Assembly (NCBI GenBank): GCA_023131055.1
Contig: JAGMAB010000001.1
Coordinates: forward strand, 1,486 to 65,485
Direction of reading: 5' to 3'
Source of the DNA: Candidatus Parcubacteria bacterium
Lineage (GTDB): Bacteria; Patescibacteriota; Minisyncoccia; Minisyncoccales; JAGMAB01
Length of the DNA stretch: 64,000 nt
Made by a program: the position numbers and the translations under genes. This document shows, one piece after another, positions 62,973-64,000 of the stretch; within the stretch, counting starts at the first letter, position 1; each line of letters opens with the position of its first letter. The notes beneath the pieces are model-generated. The model saw only the letters and a program-made list of their open reading frames with translations, was not told the origin of the DNA and did no database searches.

Positions 62973-64000
62973 GAAATTTAGAAAGAATCTTTAATCCAAA
63001 ATCAATTGCCGTGCTTGGCGCCAAATCCGATATAAAATCAGTTGGATGGGGACTGATGAAAAATGTTTTAGAAGGCAAGACAAAAAGAAAAATTTTTGTG
63101 GTCAATCCTTTTAAAAAAGAAGTTTTTGGAATTAAGTGTTTTCCCAGCATAAAATCAATAAATGAGACGATTGATTTGGCAATAATTGTTGTACCGGCGC
63201 GCATAGTATTAAAAGTTGTAAAAGAATGCTGTGAGAAAAGAGTTGGGGGACTTATAATAATTTCTTCCGGTTTTGCGGAACGAGGAGAAAAAGGACAAAT
63301 TCTCCAAAAGAAAATTACGGAGATGGTTAAACAAGCAAAAATTCCGTTAATAGGACCCAATGTTTTAGGCATTATTCGTCCCTCAAAAAATTTAAACGCT
63401 TCATTCGCTCCGGCAACTCCCAACCAAGGAAAAATTGCCGTTGTTTCCCAATCAGGCGCTTTAATTGACTCAATAATTGACAGGTCGCTTTTTGAAAATT
63501 ATGGCTTTTCTACTTTAATTTCCTACGGAAATGAAGCGGATTTAGAATTATCTGATTTTCTTTTGTGGTTGAAAAAAGATAAAGAAACAAAGGTGATTGC
63601 TGTTTATCTTGAAGGTTTGAAGAACGGGCAAAAATTTATGAAAGTTGCCAAAGAAGTTGTAAAAATAAAACCAATTGTAATTATAAAAGCGGGAAGAAGT
63701 AAAAAAGGCGTTGAAGCCATAACTACTCACACCGCGTCTTTAGCCGGAGATTATGAAATTTATTCTGCGGCTTTCAAACAAATAGGTCTAATTCAAGTTG
63801 ATACGGTTGAACAACTTTTTGACACTGCTAAAAGTTTGGCTTGGCAGCCTAAATGCAAGAATAATATAGGCATTGTAACCAATGGCGGCGGCTGCGGCGT
63901 TTTAATGGCTGATTACTGCGACGAATTAGGAATTAAATTGGCAAAATTAAGCAAAACGACTTTAAAAAAATTAGCAAAAACAAAAAAAATGCACTTTGCT
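62969..64000 (+). CDS. ADP-forming acetate--CoA ligase, alpha (CoA-binding) subunit, runs off the window
   Basis: Not in ORF track; IFNPKSIAVLGA, SSGFAE, IGPN, SQSGA, THTASLAG, TNGGG. Confidence 0.9.
   Translation, partial: MRNLERIFNPKSIAVLGAKSDIKSVGWGLMKNVLEGKTKRKIFVVNPFKKEVFGIKCFPSIKSINETIDLAIIVVPARIVLKVVKECCEKRVGGLIIISSGFAERGEKGQILQKKITEMVKQAKIPLIGPNVLGIIRPSKNLNASFAPATPNQGKIAVVSQSGALIDSIIDRSLFENYGFSTLISYGNEADLELSDFLLWLKKDKETKVIAVYLEGLKNGQKFMKVAKEVVKIKPIVIIKAGRSKKGVEAITTHTASLAGDYEIYSAAFKQIGLIQVDTVEQLFDTAKSLAWQPKCKNNIGIVTNGGGCGVLMADYCDELGIKLAKLSKTTLKKLAKTKKMHFA

Overview
AT-rich, gene-dense bacterial chromosome segment using the standard code 11. Gene content points to a Patescibacteria/CPR organism (Parcubacteria-like); this is inferred, not searched. 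The core backbone holds translation genes (trmD, rpmG, rplJL, rplU, cysS, typA, six CCA-less tRNAs), division and replication genes (mraZ-rsmH-ftsL-ftsI, ftsZ, dnaB with a LAGLIDADG intein, dnaX, recR), transporters, and a glycolysis/redox/acetate-CoA ligase block. Accessory blocks are: three zinc-ribbon membrane proteins after tRNA-Trp; a micro-peptide operon; a PD-(D/E)XK nuclease facing a LexA-DNA methyltransferase fusion after tRNA-Gln; and a 12-kb extracellular-matrix-like region (GT2 synthase plus deacetylase, then SipW with TasA-like proteins, one carrying Dictyostelium-type Cys repeats). Non-coding signals of note are: families of short palindromes inserted in frame into housekeeping genes; a covarying stem-loop repeated behind the tasA-like genes; a candidate sRNA with an anti-Shine-Dalgarno loop; a 170-nt rod-like RNA; a uORF attenuator before an ABC-F; and a contrast between leaderless core genes and SD-led accessory genes. 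All calls come from reading the sequence and recognising motifs; no database search was run.
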